Shown here: one piece after another, positions 62,299 through 64,000 of the stretch
Position numbering within the stretch: the first letter of the stretch is position 1
How the letters are laid out: each line of letters opens with the position of its first letter
NCBI GenBank assembly: GCA_963732395.1
Contig: CAVSZF010000003.1
Span: forward strand, 114,733-178,732
Reading direction: 5' to 3'
Length of the DNA: 64,000 nt
Source: an uncultured Spirochaetota bacterium
GTDB lineage: Bacteria; Spirochaetota; UBA4802; UBA5550
Position numbers and translations under genes: made by a program
The notes under the pieces: model-generated
Database searches by the model: none
Told to the model about the DNA's origin: nothing
The model's input: only the letters and a program-made list of their open reading frames with translations

Positions 62299-62895
62299 CT
62301 ACTTCCTCTTCTTCCGGGAATTGATCGAGTTCATTCCCCAGAGCATCAGGCCCAGGGTAAAAAACGCGCCCGGGGCCAGGGCCATCACCGTCGCGGGCTC
62401 CATGCCGGGAATCAGGGTATAGCCGAAAAGCTTGTTCGCCCCCAGGGACTCCCTGGCGGCCGCCAGCACCACGATGGCCAGCCCGAATCCAACGCCCATC
62501 CCGAGGGCATCGATCAGGGAAGCGAAAAGGCCGTTCTTCTGGGCGAATTCCTCCGCCCTCCCCAGTATAATGCAATTGACCACGATGAGCGGGATGAAGA
62601 TTCCGAGGGACTTGTAGACCTCCGGCTGAAAGGCGTTGAGCATGAGGTCCACCACAATAACAAAGGTCGCGATGATGGTGATGAAAATAGGAATCCGCAT
62701 GTGCGCGGGCACGATACGACGTATGCTCGATACGAGCAGGTTCGAGCATACCAGGACGAAGGTCGTGGCCAGGGTCATCCAGAGGGCGTTCGATACGGAT
62801 GTGGAGACCGCCAGGGTGGGGCAGAATCCGAGACCCAGAATGAGCTGGGGATTCTTCTCCCAGATACCCTTGGTGAATGTCTTCCAATTACTCAT
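62299..62895 (-). CDS. rnfE: Rnf electron-transport complex subunit E
   Basis: 198 aa. NPQLILGLGFCPTLAVSTSVSNALWM is the RnfE/NqrD signature. Confidence 0.88.
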   Translation of the reverse strand: MSNWKTFTKGIWEKNPQLILGLGFCPTLAVSTSVSNALWMTLATTFVLVCSNLLVSSIRRIVPAHMRIPIFITIIATFVIVVDLMLNAFQPEVYKSLGIFIPLIVVNCIILGRAEEFAQKNGLFASLIDALGMGVGFGLAIVVLAAARESLGANKLFGYTLIPGMEPATVMALAPGAFFTLGLMLWGMNSINSRKKRK

Positions 62896-63599
62896 TCTCC
62901 GCCTCCCCCCTTGGCGCGCGGTGCGATCTCCCGCGCCTTTTTCAGCAGCGCCATGCCGCTCTCAATGCTTTTCACCACTGCCTGGGAGGTAATGGTCGCG
63001 CCCGTCAGGGCGGTAATCGCGTTCTTACCGAGGAGGTCCTGCCTCATGCCGGGGTTCCAGTCCCCGATCTTGAGTATTTTTATTCCGGAGGCATCAAGCC
63101 CCCCGAACTGCTCCTGAAACCAGGGCGCGTTATCCACCCCTTTCCCTTTCGTGGAGCCACCGAGCACGTCCCAGAGGGTCTCGCTCGCGGCGACCTCGAC
63201 ACAGCGCGCGCCCAGACCCGGCGTCTCCGACTGGCTGATAATCGATATGCCGAGTATGGTCCCCGTAGTATCGACCCCCACCATGGAGTCGACCCGGTCC
63301 GCGTAGCCGGTACCGGAGGCGATAAAGGCGTAGGCCCTTGCGGTTCGCTTCACTCCGTTCCCATTGATCTCCTTTTCGCCTTCCCAGAAGGCGAACTCGC
63401 GGCCTTCCACGCTCTCCCGGACCTCCTCGCCCACGGTATACCCGGGAAGTACCAGCGCCAGTGCCTGCGTCCGCTTCTGACGCACCTGTTCCTTGATGCG
63501 TGGCCCGGTAAGCCTGTTGATGTGGGTCAGGGCATAGGTGCAGACAAAGGCGACCGAGACAAGGACCAGCGTCGGTTTTATGATGGTTTTCAGCATCAC
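62892..63599 (-). CDS. rnfG: Rnf electron-transport complex subunit G (FMN-binding)
   Basis: 235 aa. N-terminal anchor, ETPGLGAR, and the flavinylation site context ALTGATITSQAV. 4-nt overlaps with both neighbours. Confidence 0.85.
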   Translation of the reverse strand: MMLKTIIKPTLVLVSVAFVCTYALTHINRLTGPRIKEQVRQKRTQALALVLPGYTVGEEVRESVEGREFAFWEGEKEINGNGVKRTARAYAFIASGTGYADRVDSMVGVDTTGTILGISIISQSETPGLGARCVEVAASETLWDVLGGSTKGKGVDNAPWFQEQFGGLDASGIKILKIGDWNPGMRQDLLGKNAITALTGATITSQAVVKSIESGMALLKKAREIAPRAKGGGGE

Positions 63600-64000
63600 T
63601 TCTCACCCCCGCCTTTCCTCTTCACGGCCCCGAAAACCGCCGGCCTGGTATACCGGTCGATCAGGGGAACAAAGGCGTTCATGATCAGAATCGAATACGA
63701 CACGCCCTCGGGGTATCCCCCCCATATCCTTATTACGAAGGCCAGCACACCGCACCCGGCCCCGAAGATGATCATACCCCTGGCCGATACGGGCGAGGTG
63801 ACCATGTCGGTGGCCATGAAGAATGCGCCCAGGATGAGCCCCCCCGATACTATGTGGAAAAGAACGAAAAGATGGGGCGCGGAGAAGCCGGCCGCCGAAT
63901 AGTAGATCGCGGCCAGAATCGCGACGGTGCCGACGTAGGAGACCGGTATGTGCCAGGTGATTATCCTTCTGAAAAGGAGGAAGAGTCCCCCCGCGAGGAG
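63596..64000 (-). CDS. rnfD: Rnf electron-transport complex subunit D, C-terminal part (gene continues beyond the right edge)
   Basis: The open minus-strand frame reaches the window end. C-terminus ...IRIWGGYPEGVSYSILIMNAFVPLIDRYTRP matches the RnfD/NqrB C-terminal signature. Confidence 0.8.
   Translation of the reverse strand, partial: LLAGGLFLLFRRIITWHIPVSYVGTVAILAAIYYSAAGFSAPHLFVLFHIVSGGLILGAFFMATDMVTSPVSARGMIIFGAGCGVLAFVIRIWGGYPEGVSYSILIMNAFVPLIDRYTRPAVFGAVKRKGGGEK

Noticed and set aside
61690-64000. Alternative reading of the membrane-complex genes as Na+-NQR (nqrB-E)
   Set aside because: Signatures fit RnfA (NNYVL...GICPFLGVSKK) and RnfE better than NqrE/NqrD. No NqrF-like gene follows, and the G subunit has the Rnf-type SGATITS flavinylation context. 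Residual uncertainty remains without a profile search.

Overview
High-GC (by eye about 58-60 %) bacterial chromosomal window, more than 90 % coding. I recognised no rRNA, tRNA, CRISPR array, transposase or integrase. 1-11.5 kb holds housekeeping genes: TPR protein, GlsB/YeaQ-type membrane protein, SCP2 protein, OYE/2,4-dienoyl-CoA-reductase-like flavoenzyme, MscS channel, lipoprotein, panC, SAM methyltransferase, dnaE. 11.8-49.3 kb is one uninterrupted minus-strand array of about 25 signal-transduction genes or gene remnants. By eye it has at least 13 receiver domains, more than 20 PAS-like repeats, 6 histidine-kinase genes plus a kinase remnant, an HD-GYP regulator, a CheB-CheR-PAS fusion, and a complete Wsp-like cheW-cheR-cheW-mcp-cheA/Y-cheB cluster. 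49.8-64 kb holds a DUF4239-like membrane protein, MORN lipoprotein, DUF2339/DUF3999 fusion, YfbK-type vWA protein, HExxH protease, Trm112, PpiD-like chaperone, cheX, thyX and rnfDGEA (rnfD cut by the window edge). Main points of interest: (1) Four sensor proteins with unrelated input domains and no recognisable output domain all end in the same ~40-aa C-terminal module (EL[RQ][RQ]W..[AV][TM]L.[RC]E.R[IV][IL].[IL]K.EVN.LL...G.P.[RK]Y). One of them sits in the WspR position of the chemosensory cluster. (2) Their stop codons are repeatedly ATGA-fused or adjacent to 7TM histidine-kinase genes. (3) Near-identical 157-bp direct repeats bracket the whole 11.2-kb chemosensory module. (4) A family of GC-rich palindromic intergenic repeats includes a 60-bp tandem array. 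(5) There are several kinase gene remnants and five single-nucleotide frame disruptions, which are either real decay or assembly errors. The taxon cannot be determined from the sequence alone. Gene content (Rnf, ThyX, CheX, many PAS/HD-GYP sensors) suggests an anaerobic Spirochaetota- or Desulfobacterota-like bacterium, with low confidence.
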